Below, piece after piece: positions 48,446 to 58,920 of a stretch of DNA of 64,000 nucleotides. The position numbers and the translations under genes are program-made. Positions within the stretch are counted from its first letter, which is position 1. Each line of letters begins with the position of its first letter. A model generated the notes under the pieces. The model ran no database searches, was not told the DNA's origin, and saw nothing but the letters and a program-made list of their open reading frames with translations. Source of the DNA: an uncultured Lachnospiraceae bacterium (GTDB taxonomy: Bacteria; Bacillota; Clostridia; Lachnospirales; Lachnospiraceae); contig CAKRJH010000003.1 in assembly GCA_934351255.1 (NCBI GenBank), positions 120,588 to 184,587 on the forward strand. Direction: 5' to 3'.

Positions 48446-49750
48446 TCAGTACAGGTGACGATTATCGATCACGCGGACCGCCTTGCCCTCGCTTCTGACA
48501 ATGCTTCCGACATCCATCAGATGGATCTTGGCACCGATGCCAAGCATAGAGCGAAGTCCCGCCTCGATCTCTTTGGTCTTGGCTGCTCTGTCAAAGTTTG
48601 GATCTGCTGCCTGCTCTACCGTCACCTCGACATTGATGTCCAGGGTATCTGTATTATTGACACGGTCAACCAGGATCTGGTAGTTCGTACTCATCTTTTT
48701 GTTCAGTAGTACAGTCTCGATCTGGGATGGGAATACATTGACACCACGGATGACCCTCATATCATCACTGCGTCCCATCGGCTTCTTCATACGGATGTGC
48801 GTACGTCCGCAGGAACATTTCTCACGGGTCAGCACACACAGATCTCTGGTGCGGTAACGGATGAGTGGGAACGCCTCCTTGGTGATGCTGGTAAATACCA
48901 GCTCGCCCTTCTCTCCCTCCGGCAGAACCTCCCCGGTCTCCGGATTGATGATCTCTGCAATGAAGTGGTCCTCATTGATATGCATGCCCTTCTGCTCGCT
49001 GCACTCAAAGGAGACACCCGGTCCGCTGATCTCAGTCAGACCATAGATATCGTATGCCTTGATGCCCAGACCTTCCTCGATGCTCTTACGCATCTCCTCT
49101 GTCCACGCCTCAGCTCCGAAGATACCGGCCTTGAGCTTGATCTTATCCTTCAGGCCACGCTCTGCCACTGCCTCCGCCAGGTACGCGGCATAGGACGGTG
49201 TACAGCACAGGATGGTAGATCCCAGGTCTGTCATAAACTGCAGCTGACGCTCGGTATTACCGGAAGACATCGGCAGAGTCAGTGAACCCAGTTTGTGGGA
49301 ACCGCCGTTCAGTCCGGGACCTCCTGTAAACAGGCCGTATCCGTAACTGATATGGACTACATCGTCTTTGGTTCCGCCTGCTGCCACGATCGCTCTGGCA
49401 CAGCAGTCCTCCCACAGATCCAGATCATGCTGGGTGTAGAATGCTACCACGCGGCGTCCCGTCGTTCCGCTGGTGGACTGGATGCGCACACACTCGGACA
49501 GTGGCTTTGCAAGCAGTCCATATGGATACGCTTCGCGCAGGTCGTCCTTCTTCATAAACGGAAGTTTGTGTAAATCTTCAATACCGTGGATATCCTCCGG
49601 TTTGATTCCGGCTGCATCCATTTTATTGCGGTAATACTCCACATTCTCATAGACATGTTTTACCTGAGCAACCAACCGCTCACTCTGCAGTTTCTTGATC
49701 TCCTCCACCGGCATCGTCTCAATCTCCGGCTGAAAAAAGTTTTGTGCCAT
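48446..49750 (-). CDS. phenylacetate-CoA ligase family (PaaK-like) adenylate-forming enzyme
   Basis: PaaK-family sequence (...YRNKMDAAGIKPEDI..., STSGTTG...). It is clustered with iorAB. Confidence 0.8.
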   Translation of the reverse strand: MAQNFFQPEIETMPVEEIKKLQSERLVAQVKHVYENVEYYRNKMDAAGIKPEDIHGIEDLHKLPFMKKDDLREAYPYGLLAKPLSECVRIQSTSGTTGRRVVAFYTQHDLDLWEDCCARAIVAAGGTKDDVVHISYGYGLFTGGPGLNGGSHKLGSLTLPMSSGNTERQLQFMTDLGSTILCCTPSYAAYLAEAVAERGLKDKIKLKAGIFGAEAWTEEMRKSIEEGLGIKAYDIYGLTEISGPGVSFECSEQKGMHINEDHFIAEIINPETGEVLPEGEKGELVFTSITKEAFPLIRYRTRDLCVLTREKCSCGRTHIRMKKPMGRSDDMRVIRGVNVFPSQIETVLLNKKMSTNYQILVDRVNNTDTLDINVEVTVEQAADPNFDRAAKTKEIEAGLRSMLGIGAKIHLMDVGSIVRSEGKAVRVIDNRHLY

Positions 49751-49771
49751 TCCTTCTTCTCCTTTATGGTA

Positions 49772-50341
49772 TTATTGCTGCCCAAGGGCAAATGCTTTCT
49801 TGTTCATCTCCAGGAATCTGGCCGGTACGCAGGCCTCCAGCGCCTCCTGCCATGCCTCCTGCGGAATCTCCGGGAAGTAACGGGATACTCGCCCCATCAG
49901 TACGATGTTCACTGCCTTGGCACTGCCGGCCTCCATGGCCAGGCTAAGTGCATCCACAGCATCCACATCGGCTCCCGCCGCTTTCATCTTCTCGATCAGA
50001 TTTTCCGGATAAGTCGCTGCTCCGGTGATGACGGGCATCGGATCGACCTCCTGGTCAGACACGATGATCTTTCCTCCCTGTTTCAGATATTCCATATATC
50101 TGGCAGCCTCCAGCTTCTCAAAGGAGATGATCACATCGGCCTCTCCCCTGTCAATGATCGGAGAATATACCTTCTCTCCGAACCGTACATATGTCACTAC
50201 GCTTCCTCCACGCTGGCTCATGCCGTGCACCTCGGAAACCTTTACATCATATCCCTGGGTCAGAAGCAGATGTCCCAGCATCTTGCTGGCAAGCAGGGAG
50301 CCCTGACCACCGACACCCACGATCATAATATTCTTTGTCAT
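49772..50341 (-). CDS. iorB: indolepyruvate ferredoxin oxidoreductase beta subunit
   Basis: MTKNIMIVGVGGQGSLLASKMLGH... Confidence 0.8.
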   Translation of the reverse strand: MTKNIMIVGVGGQGSLLASKMLGHLLLTQGYDVKVSEVHGMSQRGGSVVTYVRFGEKVYSPIIDRGEADVIISFEKLEAARYMEYLKQGGKIIVSDQEVDPMPVITGAATYPENLIEKMKAAGADVDAVDALSLAMEAGSAKAVNIVLMGRVSRYFPEIPQEAWQEALEACVPARFLEMNKKAFALGQQ

Positions 50342-50355
50342 GTCAACTCTCCTCT

Positions 50356-52083
50356 CTAATTCTGAATTGCCCCAAAATGACACAACTGCTGGCATACCCC
50401 ACAGCCCACACAGAGTGTCGCGTCGATCACGGCCTTGCCGTCACGGAAGCTGATAGCAGGACAGCCCAGTTTCATACACATCTTACATCCCTTACACTGG
50501 TCGGCATCCACCTTCACAGGAGGCTTTACCTCGACATATTTCAGAAGAGCACATGGTCGGCGGCTGATGATCACGGATGGCTCCTGTGCTGCCAGTTCTT
50601 CCTTGACGGCCCTGTCACATGCCTCCAGATCATATGGATCCACCACGCGGACGCGCCGGAATCCCATCGCCTTGCACAGTGCTTCCAGATCGATCTTGCC
50701 CGCCGGATCTCCCTTGATATTGTAACCGGTAGTCGGATTCTGCTGATGACCTGTCATGCCGGTGATGGAGTTGTCCAGGATGATCACGGTGGAATTGCTC
50801 ATATTGTACGCGATGTTGGCCAGGCCTGTCATACCGGAATGCATGAATGTAGAGTCACCGATGACCGCTACAGTCTTTGCCTCAGACTCCTCGCCTCTCG
50901 CCTTATTGAAACCGTGGATGGAGCTGATGGATGCGCCCATGCAGGCGGTCACATCGATCGCAGAAAGCGGAGCCACTGCACCAAGCGTATAACATCCGAT
51001 ATCACCCATCACGGTACATTTGTTCTTGGATAAGGTATAGAACATGCCTCTGTGAGGACATCCCGCACACATAACCGGTGGACGTACCGGGATATTCTCC
51101 TCCAGAGAGAGGCCGCAACCTGTCTCCTTGCCCATCTTCTGTGCGATCAGATTCTGGGAGAACTCATCCTCCAGCGGGAAGATATCCTTGCCGGATACGG
51201 TCATGCCCAGCTTCTTACAATGTGTCTCGATAATGTCGTCCAGTTCCTCAATGACAACCACCTTGTCCACCTTGGATGCAAAATCCAGGATCAGCTTCTC
51301 AGGGAGTGGGTTGATCATGCCGAGCTTTAAGACGCTGGCATTCTCTCCGTAGACTTCCTTGACATACTGATAGGACGTGGAGGATGTAATGATTCCAAGG
51401 CTGGTGTCACCCATCTCCACACGGTTCAGAGGAGAGGTCTCTGCATATGCGATCAGATCTCTGGTTCTCTGCTCCACGATCGGATGACGGCGCTTGGCAT
51501 TGGCCGGCATCATGACATATTTGGAAATGTCTTTTTGATATTCTTTGATCGGAAATTCCTCACGCTGTGAGGTCTCGACAATGCTCTGGGAATGTGCCAC
51601 ACGGGTACACATCTTTAAGAAGACCGGAGTGTCAAATTTCTCGGAAATCTCATAGGCGATCTTGGTGAACTCAAGCGCCTCCGCAGAATCGGATGGTTCC
51701 AGCATCGGCACCTTGGCCGCAATGGCATAGTGTCTGGAATCCTGTTCATTCTGTGAGGAATGCATTCCCGCATCATCCGCCACACCAATGATCATACCCG
51801 CATTTACTCCGGTATAAGAAATCGTAAATAACGGATCGGCAGCCACGTTCAGACCAACGTGCTTCATGCCGCAAAAACTTCTCTTTCCTGCTACAGCCGC
51901 ACCGAATGCGACCTCCAGAGCCACCTTTTCATTCGGTGCCCATTCGCAGTAAATCTCATCATACTTTGCTGCTTCCTCAGTGATCTCGGTACTCGGAGTG
52001 CCGGGATAGCTGGAAGCCACACCACAGCCTGCCTCATAGAGTCCACGGGCAACCGCAGCATTACCTAACATCAATTCGCGCAT
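50356..52083 (-). CDS. iorA: indolepyruvate ferredoxin oxidoreductase alpha subunit (TPP and 4Fe-4S)
   Basis: MRELMLGNAAVARG..., the TPP-binding region, and C-terminal CxxCxxC ferredoxin motifs (CKGCKMC...CVGCGVC). ATG 52083 has SD GGAGG. Confidence 0.85.
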   Translation of the reverse strand: MRELMLGNAAVARGLYEAGCGVASSYPGTPSTEITEEAAKYDEIYCEWAPNEKVALEVAFGAAVAGKRSFCGMKHVGLNVAADPLFTISYTGVNAGMIIGVADDAGMHSSQNEQDSRHYAIAAKVPMLEPSDSAEALEFTKIAYEISEKFDTPVFLKMCTRVAHSQSIVETSQREEFPIKEYQKDISKYVMMPANAKRRHPIVEQRTRDLIAYAETSPLNRVEMGDTSLGIITSSTSYQYVKEVYGENASVLKLGMINPLPEKLILDFASKVDKVVVIEELDDIIETHCKKLGMTVSGKDIFPLEDEFSQNLIAQKMGKETGCGLSLEENIPVRPPVMCAGCPHRGMFYTLSKNKCTVMGDIGCYTLGAVAPLSAIDVTACMGASISSIHGFNKARGEESEAKTVAVIGDSTFMHSGMTGLANIAYNMSNSTVIILDNSITGMTGHQQNPTTGYNIKGDPAGKIDLEALCKAMGFRRVRVVDPYDLEACDRAVKEELAAQEPSVIISRRPCALLKYVEVKPPVKVDADQCKGCKMCMKLGCPAISFRDGKAVIDATLCVGCGVCQQLCHFGAIQN

Positions 52084-52209
52084 GTTAAGCCTCCTTGTTC
52101 TTATGTATTCATCTGTGAATGCAGGTTCTGCAAACACGTACTGAGAACATTTTATCATATAGAGGCTCAAATGAACACAATTAATTCAAAAAACTCAGAA
52201 TGCCAAAAC

Positions 52210-53520
52210 TCAGAATGACACACTCACCGTAGTGCCAAGTCCCGGCGCACTCTCCACCCGGATCTCTCCGCCGTGCAGATCCACAATGTGCTTGACGATC
52301 GCCAGTCCCAGTCCGGTTCCACCGGTTTTCTTGGAACGGCTCTTATCCACCCGGTAAAAACGCTCGAAAATACGCTGCTGATGTTCCTGGGAAATGCCGA
52401 TCCCATCATCGCGCACAGAGAATCCCTGTCCGATGTTAACCCAGACATTGCCTCCTTCGCGGTTATAGCGGATCGCATTGTCACAGAGGTTGTAGATCAC
52501 CTCTTCCATCAGATCCCGGTCCGCGCGCACCACACAGGATTCTCCCTCCAGATGCAGCCGGATATGTCTCTTTTCTGCCACCGGCCCCAACATGACAATG
52601 CTGTTTTCCGCCAGTTCATACAGATCCACATCCTCCAGATTCAGTGTATCCTCCCTGGAGGAATCCAGTTCGGAAAGTTTCAGGATGTCATTGATCAGGG
52701 AGATCAGACGTCTTGCGTTGCGATGGATCTCTCCGGCAAACCGTCCCACATCATTCTGGCTGACCATACCGTTCTCGATCAGCTCAGAATACCCGGAGAT
52801 CGAGGTCAGCGGTGTCTTTAACTCGTGGGAGACATTGGCGGTAAACTCCTGTCTCATATTCGCTGCCTTGAGAATATTTTCATGCTGTTCGCGGATCAGC
52901 TGGATAAACGGCATCAGCTCCTTGTAGGTCCGTATCTGCTCCAGATGATCGAGATTGGAAGCCACCTGTTCGATCGGCTTGACCAGAGACTTGGTCAGAT
53001 AATGGCTGATCAGCATACTCAGGATCAGCAGAAACAGTCCGATCAAAAGAATCACCGGAAGCACACTGCAAAACAGGTTTATAATACTTCTGGTCTCCTT
53101 GGCCGCACGAAGCACACTGCCATTGTCCAGAAGTACGGCATAGTAATAGTTGGATTTGTTGATCGTCGTGGATGTACGGATCGACTTTCCTTTTCCCTCC
53201 GAAAATGCCTGTGCGATCTCAGGGCGGTCCTTATGGTTGTCCAGCGAATTAACACTCGCATTTGTATCATAGAGAACCCTTCCATCGGATGCAATCAGAG
53301 TGATCCGCAGATTGGTGGACTCTCCTCCGTACGTCCCCTCCACCTTCAGATCTTCCTGTTCAAAGACTCCCGTCTGTTCCATCACCGTACAGATATTCTC
53401 CAGATCATCAAAGACTTCTTTTTGGAAAACCTGATAATATATGGCCGTGGTCATCGCAGTGGTCAGGATGATGGCCAGAACTGCGATGATCATAAATTCT
53501 TTGTATATCTTGCTCTTCAT
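52210..53520 (-). CDS. sensor histidine kinase (PhoR-like)
   Basis: TM, then H-box FTANVSHELKTPLTSISGYSELI, then the HATPase region (GGTGLGLAIVKHIV). Confidence 0.8.
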   Translation of the reverse strand: MKSKIYKEFMIIAVLAIILTTAMTTAIYYQVFQKEVFDDLENICTVMEQTGVFEQEDLKVEGTYGGESTNLRITLIASDGRVLYDTNASVNSLDNHKDRPEIAQAFSEGKGKSIRTSTTINKSNYYYAVLLDNGSVLRAAKETRSIINLFCSVLPVILLIGLFLLILSMLISHYLTKSLVKPIEQVASNLDHLEQIRTYKELMPFIQLIREQHENILKAANMRQEFTANVSHELKTPLTSISGYSELIENGMVSQNDVGRFAGEIHRNARRLISLINDILKLSELDSSREDTLNLEDVDLYELAENSIVMLGPVAEKRHIRLHLEGESCVVRADRDLMEEVIYNLCDNAIRYNREGGNVWVNIGQGFSVRDDGIGISQEHQQRIFERFYRVDKSRSKKTGGTGLGLAIVKHIVDLHGGEIRVESAPGLGTTVSVSF

Positions 53521-53523
53521 CGT

Positions 53524-54198
53524 TTACTCCATACAATATCCGACATTGCGGACTGTCTTGATGTAATGGCTTGCATCCCCCAGTTTGTGCCGGAGCGTCT
53601 TGATGTGCATATCCAGTGTCCGGGATTCTCCCTCAAAATTCGTATCCCAGACGCGCTCCATCAGCACCTCTCTCTTGAGCACGATCCCTGCATTCTGGAT
53701 CAGCAGATGCAGCAGTTCAAATTCCTTGTACGTCAGTTCAACCTTCTCTCCGGACACCTTGCAGCATCTCTTGAGCAGATTTAATTCGATCTCATGATAG
53801 GTCAGTTCCACCTCCTCCGGTGCTCTGTAACACCGGCGCAGCAAAGCCTTGACTCTGGAGATCAGTTCCATGACACCGAACGGTTTGGTCAGATAATCAT
53901 CCGCCCCCGAATCCAGTCCCTTGACCTTGTCGATCTCCGAGGTCTTGGCAGTCACCATGATCACCGGCAGGGTCTTCGTCGCACTCTCCGCGCGCAGCCT
54001 CTTCATGATCGAGATTCCGTCCGTGTCCGGCAGCATGATATCGAGCAGCACCAGATCCGGAGCCTTTACCTGCATCTTCTCAAAAAACGCCTTACCACTC
54101 TCAAATTCCTCGACCTCATATCCGCTGTTCTTGAGGGCAAAACTCTCAATCTCCCGGATATTTACATCGTCTTCCACCACATAGATCAAAAATGCCAT
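53524..54198 (-). CDS. OmpR-family response regulator (PhoP-like)
   Basis: MAFLIYVVEDD...LLDIMLP (receiver) and a winged-helix C-terminus (...RTLDMHIKTLRHKL...YIKTVRNVGYCM). The start was taken at the in-frame ATG that gives MAFLIY. Confidence 0.8.
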   Translation of the reverse strand: MAFLIYVVEDDVNIREIESFALKNSGYEVEEFESGKAFFEKMQVKAPDLVLLDIMLPDTDGISIMKRLRAESATKTLPVIMVTAKTSEIDKVKGLDSGADDYLTKPFGVMELISRVKALLRRCYRAPEEVELTYHEIELNLLKRCCKVSGEKVELTYKEFELLHLLIQNAGIVLKREVLMERVWDTNFEGESRTLDMHIKTLRHKLGDASHYIKTVRNVGYCME

Positions 54199-54214
54199 AA
54201 TCCGTCTCCTCTCT

Positions 54215-55981
54215 TTATGGCAGCTGATATTTCTCCTGGAAGGCCAGAAGTCTTCCCTCATACCAGATGTCTTCTCCGCTGCTGATCTTTTCCACATACT
54301 CATGTGCCTCAATGCCCTCGACGCCATTCTGGATCACAGCAAGTGCCACATTGCTCAGATGGTCTCCGATCCGCTCCAGATCCGTCGTGATATCTTCCAG
54401 CACAAATCCCATATCCACGCTGCATTTACCGTGTCTGAGTCTCTTGTGATGTCTGCGGGAGATCTCCTCCTTCAGCTCATCGATGCACTCCTCCAGCGGC
54501 TCGATCGTCTGCGCAGATTTGATATCATCTTTCTCAAAACATGCAATACAACTGTCCATCATCTCCTGAACAGCATCCGCCAGCACGTGCAGTTCACGAA
54601 CCGCCTTCGGAGAAAATTCCTGCTGCTTTTTCTGCATTTTGCTGACCGCATGCATCAGATTCAGGGAAATGTCCGAGATCCGCTCAAAATCTCCCACACA
54701 GTGCTGCAGTTCCACCAGTCTCTTTCCCTCCTGGGCCGAGAGGTGTCTTCCCGCGATCATCGTCAGATAGTTGCCAATGCTGTCCTCATAATGGTCCACT
54801 TCTTTTTCGAGATGATCTACCCGTTCACTTGCCTCTATATCATACTCAAAGATCAGACCCGTTGCAAGGCACAGGGCCTTGGAGGAAAGCTGTGCCATGG
54901 ACTGTGTCGCGCGGGCAGCCTGCATCAGGGCAAAGCCCGGCTGATCCAGAAATCTCGGGTCAAGCTGCTGCAGTGCAGTGTCCTTCTCGTGGGCATTGTG
55001 TTCCTCGCGTTCCGGAATGGACAGGCACGCCAGTTTCTCCAGGACATTGGAAAATGGGAACAATACGATGGTTGCTCCGATATTAAACAGGGAATGAATC
55101 GTCGCGATCCCGGCCGGTCCCGCCGCATGGCCGAGAAAGGCAAACGGCGCAAAGGCATTGATCGTATAAAATATCACCATGAACAAACAGGTTCCGATCA
55201 GATTGAAATACAAATGCACAAAGGCGGTTCGCTTGGCATTCTTGCTCGCACCGATCGCGGACAGAAGCGCCGTCACACAGGTACCGATGTTCTGTCCCAT
55301 GATGATCGGGATGACGGTCCCGTAACTGACACTTCCGGTCAGACAGAGGGCCTGCAGGATACCGACCGATGCAGAAGAACTCTGGATCACCGCGGTCAGG
55401 ACCGCACCGGCGATCATACCCAGCAGAGGCTGCGAGAACATGGTCAGAATACCTGTAAATTCCGGCACATCCTTGAGCGGAGATACCGCACTGCTCATCG
55501 CTTCCATACCGTACATCAGGATTGCAAAGCCCACAAGAATGCTTCCCACATCCTTCTTGCGGTCGGACTTGGAAAACATCAGACAGATAATTCCGATCAG
55601 AGCCAGCACCGGTGAAAAGGAGGTCGGCTTTAACAGCTGGATCCAGAAACTGTCACTCTGGATACCGGAAAGACTCAGGATCCATGACGTCACCGTGGTA
55701 CCGATATTGGCACCCATAATGATCCCGACTGCCTGATGCAGCTTCATAATGCCGGAATTTACAAAACCGACCACCATGACGGTCGTGGCCGAGGAACTCT
55801 GGATCACTGCCGTCACGCCCGCACCCAGGATCACCGCCATAAACTTGTTGGAGGTCAGTTTCGCCAGAATGCTCTCCAGCTTTCCGCCGGACAGTTTGGC
55901 CAGGCCTTCTCCCATCAGATTCATACCGAACAGAAACAGGGCAAGACCTCCCACCATTGATAATACTGCGAATATGTCCAT
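54215..55981 (-). CDS. Na/Pi-cotransporter-family (NptA-like) membrane protein with a C-terminal PhoU-like domain
   Basis: ...VIQSSSATTVMVVGFVNSG... and a second ...VIQSSSAS... half-repeat. The C-terminus has PhoU-like helical repeats. Confidence 0.75.
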   Translation of the reverse strand: MDIFAVLSMVGGLALFLFGMNLMGEGLAKLSGGKLESILAKLTSNKFMAVILGAGVTAVIQSSSATTVMVVGFVNSGIMKLHQAVGIIMGANIGTTVTSWILSLSGIQSDSFWIQLLKPTSFSPVLALIGIICLMFSKSDRKKDVGSILVGFAILMYGMEAMSSAVSPLKDVPEFTGILTMFSQPLLGMIAGAVLTAVIQSSSASVGILQALCLTGSVSYGTVIPIIMGQNIGTCVTALLSAIGASKNAKRTAFVHLYFNLIGTCLFMVIFYTINAFAPFAFLGHAAGPAGIATIHSLFNIGATIVLFPFSNVLEKLACLSIPEREEHNAHEKDTALQQLDPRFLDQPGFALMQAARATQSMAQLSSKALCLATGLIFEYDIEASERVDHLEKEVDHYEDSIGNYLTMIAGRHLSAQEGKRLVELQHCVGDFERISDISLNLMHAVSKMQKKQQEFSPKAVRELHVLADAVQEMMDSCIACFEKDDIKSAQTIEPLEECIDELKEEISRRHHKRLRHGKCSVDMGFVLEDITTDLERIGDHLSNVALAVIQNGVEGIEAHEYVEKISSGEDIWYEGRLLAFQEKYQLP

Positions 55982-56132
55982 GTTTTCTTCCTTTCATCCA
56001 TACAATTCATAGTGTTTACATGTGCTGACTGCCTTTCGGTCACATATTTCTGACCATGACAAACAGCCTGATTACGACCAAAGTATAATCAAGCTGTGTA
56101 AAATGCATATTATCGCAATGTAAAATCTATGT

Positions 56133-56330
56133 AAAAAACGGCAAAACCTGCGTTTTGCCCTAGCAAGAATTGCTTCGCAATTCTTGTTGGACTTCCACTA
56201 CATGACAGCGATTTTCTATTCTAAAAAACGGCAAAACCTGCGTTTTGCCCTAGCAAGAATTGCTTCGCAATTCTTGTTGGACTTCCACTACATGACAGCG
56301 ATTTTCTATTCCAAAAAACGGCAAAACCTC
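56133..56330 (+). repeat. Tandem array (2 full units plus 1 partial) of an approximately 90-bp two-hairpin unit related to the array at 16045-16246
   Basis: Units 56133-56222 and 56223-56312 are identical: aaaaaaCGGCAAAACctgcGTTTTGCCctagCAAGAATTGCttcGCAATTCTTGttggacttccactacatgacagcgattttctattc. The partial copy at 56313-56330 overlaps the stop of the small upstream ORF. Confidence 0.8.
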
Positions 56331-56563
56331 TATTCCTGGTTCATAAGATAGAACAATCCACCCAGATATCCTGCAAATACAGCAGGATATCCGATAAAGC
56401 AGATCATCCAGTCTGCCCGGTCCAGCATGAAGATCCTCACCGCCATCCAGGCCGTCAGTCCGATCAGCCCGAAAAAAGCGGAATTCAACAGAAGAAATAA
56501 CGTTTTGTTGCCATGAACAATCTGATATAAGCCTTTACACCATTCTCTGTAAATATTCATCAT
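56330..56563 (-). CDS. small hydrophobic membrane protein (77 aa)
   Basis: Two predicted TM helices. The ATG overlaps the phoU stop by 4 nt. Confidence 0.4.
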   Translation of the reverse strand: MMNIYREWCKGLYQIVHGNKTLFLLLNSAFFGLIGLTAWMAVRIFMLDRADWMICFIGYPAVFAGYLGGLFYLMNQE

Positions 56564-57216
56564 ACATCACCTTTTTTCTCCTTGACACCATTGACGGAAA
56601 AGATTACCCACTCGGCAATGTTTACCGCATGGTCTCCAATCTTCTCAAAATACTTGGCGACCATCAGAAAATCGGTAGCCTGTTCTCCGTTGTTGACATC
56701 CTGGTTGATCAGATCCACCAGTTCCTGACGGACCATCTTGAACAGATCATCCACCACATCGTCGTGTGCGATCACGGCTCTGGCTTTCTTCACATCATTT
56801 TCCACATAGGCGTCAATGCTTCGGATCACCATATCGGTGGTTTCTGCCGCCATCTGTTTGATGTGATCCAGTTTCTTGATATATGGTTCTTTCGCCAGAA
56901 AAATACTGATTCTGGCAATGTCCGATGCCTGATCTCCGATCCGCTCCAGGTCCGTCACCATCTTGAGGGCTGCTGAGATAAACCTCAGATCCCTGGCGAC
57001 CGGCTGCTGGCACAGCAGAAGTTTCAGGCACAGTCTCTCGATCTCCTTTTCCTTTTCATCAATCTCTTCCTCAAACTCAATGGTCGCATGTGCTTTTCCC
57101 ACATCCTGTCCTACCAGGGCCCCGATCGCCATCTCGATAGAATGCTCCACCAGCTGCCCCATCTGGATCAGAAGATCATTGAGCTGTTTTAACTGCTGCA
57201 AATACTTCTCTCTCAT
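56560..57216 (-). CDS. phoU: phosphate-transport regulator PhoU
   Basis: Two PhoU repeats (...DLERIGDQASDIA..., ...FEKIGDHAVNIAEW). Confidence 0.85.
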   Translation of the reverse strand: MREKYLQQLKQLNDLLIQMGQLVEHSIEMAIGALVGQDVGKAHATIEFEEEIDEKEKEIERLCLKLLLCQQPVARDLRFISAALKMVTDLERIGDQASDIARISIFLAKEPYIKKLDHIKQMAAETTDMVIRSIDAYVENDVKKARAVIAHDDVVDDLFKMVRQELVDLINQDVNNGEQATDFLMVAKYFEKIGDHAVNIAEWVIFSVNGVKEKKGDV

Positions 57217-57243
57217 GTTCGTCTTCCTTTCCCTATTCCCCGA

Positions 57244-58008
57244 TCAACCGAACCGTCCGGTGATATAGTCTTCGGTTCGCTTATCCCGCGGATTGCTGAA
57301 TATCTCGTCCGTCTTTCCGGCTTCAACGATCTCTCCCAGCAGGAAAAATACGGTTTCATCGGAAATCCGGGCCGCCTGCTGCATATTGTGGGTGACCATG
57401 ATGATCGTGTATTTTTCTTTCAGGTCCACCACCAGATCCTCGATCTTTGACGTAGAGATCGGATCCAGCGCAGAGGTCGGCTCATCCATCAGGATCACCT
57501 CAGGCTCCACCGCCAGCGCCCTTGCGATACAGAGTCGCTGCTGCTGTCCGCCGGACAGCCCCAGCGCACTCTTCTTCAGACGGTTTTTCAGTTCATCCCA
57601 GATAGCTGCCTGCTTCAGGGACCGCTCCACGATCTCATCCAACTGTTCTTTTTTATGGATGCCATGTGTTCTCGGTCCAAACGCAATATTGTCATACACA
57701 CTCATCGGAAACGGATTCGGTTTCTGAAAAACCATTCCGACTCGCTTTCGAAGCAGGTTCACATCCATGTCCCCGTAAATATTCTCTCCATCCAGACGGA
57801 CATCACCGGTGATCCTGCATCCCTCGACCATATCATTCATTCGGTTCAGGGATTTCAGGAAGGTACTCTTGCCACATCCTGAAGGTCCGATAAATGCCGT
57901 CACTTCCCGGTCTTTCATATCCAGATTGATATTATTCAGAGCATGAAAATCTCCATAATACAGATCCAGCCCTTTTACTGTCATCTTGTTTTGCGTGTTA
58001 TTTTCCAT
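57244..58008 (-). CDS. pstB: phosphate ABC transporter ATP-binding protein
   Basis: [35 protein letters not shown]. Confidence 0.9.
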   Translation of the reverse strand: MENNTQNKMTVKGLDLYYGDFHALNNINLDMKDREVTAFIGPSGCGKSTFLKSLNRMNDMVEGCRITGDVRLDGENIYGDMDVNLLRKRVGMVFQKPNPFPMSVYDNIAFGPRTHGIHKKEQLDEIVERSLKQAAIWDELKNRLKKSALGLSGGQQQRLCIARALAVEPEVILMDEPTSALDPISTSKIEDLVVDLKEKYTIIMVTHNMQQAARISDETVFFLLGEIVEAGKTDEIFSNPRDKRTEDYITGRFG

Positions 58009-58073
58009 TCCAGCTATTCTCCATTCCGCAGACGCTTCTGCTCAATCTATTATATTCACACAGTATCCGCATC

Positions 58074-58913
58074 CTACGCACTGGCCAGTTTTCTTGCCAG
58101 CTGGTTGGACAGGAAGTTGATCACAATGACCAGGATCAACAGGATCACTGCCGTGGCATATGCTTTGTCCTCATGCAGTCCCTCGTTCGCCAGGACCCAC
58201 ATGTGCAGTGCAATGGTTCGTCCGGATCCCATCAGTCCCTTTGGGATCTTGGCCACCGTTCCCGACGTATAGATCAGCGCTGCGGTCTCTCCCACAATTC
58301 GGCCAATGGCCAGGATCACGCCGGATAAGATTCCGGGGACCGCCGGAGGGAGCACGACCCGGATGACGGTGCGCAGTTTTCCTGCTCCCAGTCCGAAACT
58401 CGCCTCGCGGTAGGAATCCGGAACAGACTGCAGTGCCTCCTCCGTCGTTCTCATGATGACCGGCAGAACCATGATCGCCAGAGTAAATGCACCGGCCAGC
58501 ATGGACTGTCCCCATTTCATGGCATTGACGAAAAACAGAAGACCAAACAGACCATATACGATGGAAGGAATTCCCTGCAGGGTCTCTGTCGTGATGCGTA
58601 CCACCTTCACCACCTTGCTGCCTCTCCTGGCATACTCGGAAGTATAGATTGCCGCACCGATTCCCACCGGTACCACGATCAGCAGCGTCACCGCAGCCAT
58701 CATGATCGTATTGATCACAGACGGCACCACAGAGACATTGACTGAGTCATATGTCCTGCTGAAAAAATCCAGCGACATATGCGGAATGCCCTTGGCCAGT
58801 ATGTAACCGATGATGAACAGCAGCATCCCGAAGGTGATCGCAGCCGCCGTATAGCAGCACAGGGACAGAAGTCTTGCTTCCAGTTTGTAATGTCTATTCA
58901 TCGCTTCCTCCAT
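58074..58913 (-). CDS. pstA: phosphate ABC transporter permease
   Basis: Permease topology. The EAA-like region and its operon position match PstA. Confidence 0.85.
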   Translation of the reverse strand: MEEAMNRHYKLEARLLSLCCYTAAAITFGMLLFIIGYILAKGIPHMSLDFFSRTYDSVNVSVVPSVINTIMMAAVTLLIVVPVGIGAAIYTSEYARRGSKVVKVVRITTETLQGIPSIVYGLFGLLFFVNAMKWGQSMLAGAFTLAIMVLPVIMRTTEEALQSVPDSYREASFGLGAGKLRTVIRVVLPPAVPGILSGVILAIGRIVGETAALIYTSGTVAKIPKGLMGSGRTIALHMWVLANEGLHEDKAYATAVILLILVIVINFLSNQLARKLASA

Positions 58914-58920
58914 CCCCTTT

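Noticed and set aside
52190-52219. 15-bp tandem duplication AAAACTCAGAATG(C/A)C overlapping the histidine-kinase stop codon.
   Set aside because: It has only two copies and no structure. It is probably a slippage duplication without function.
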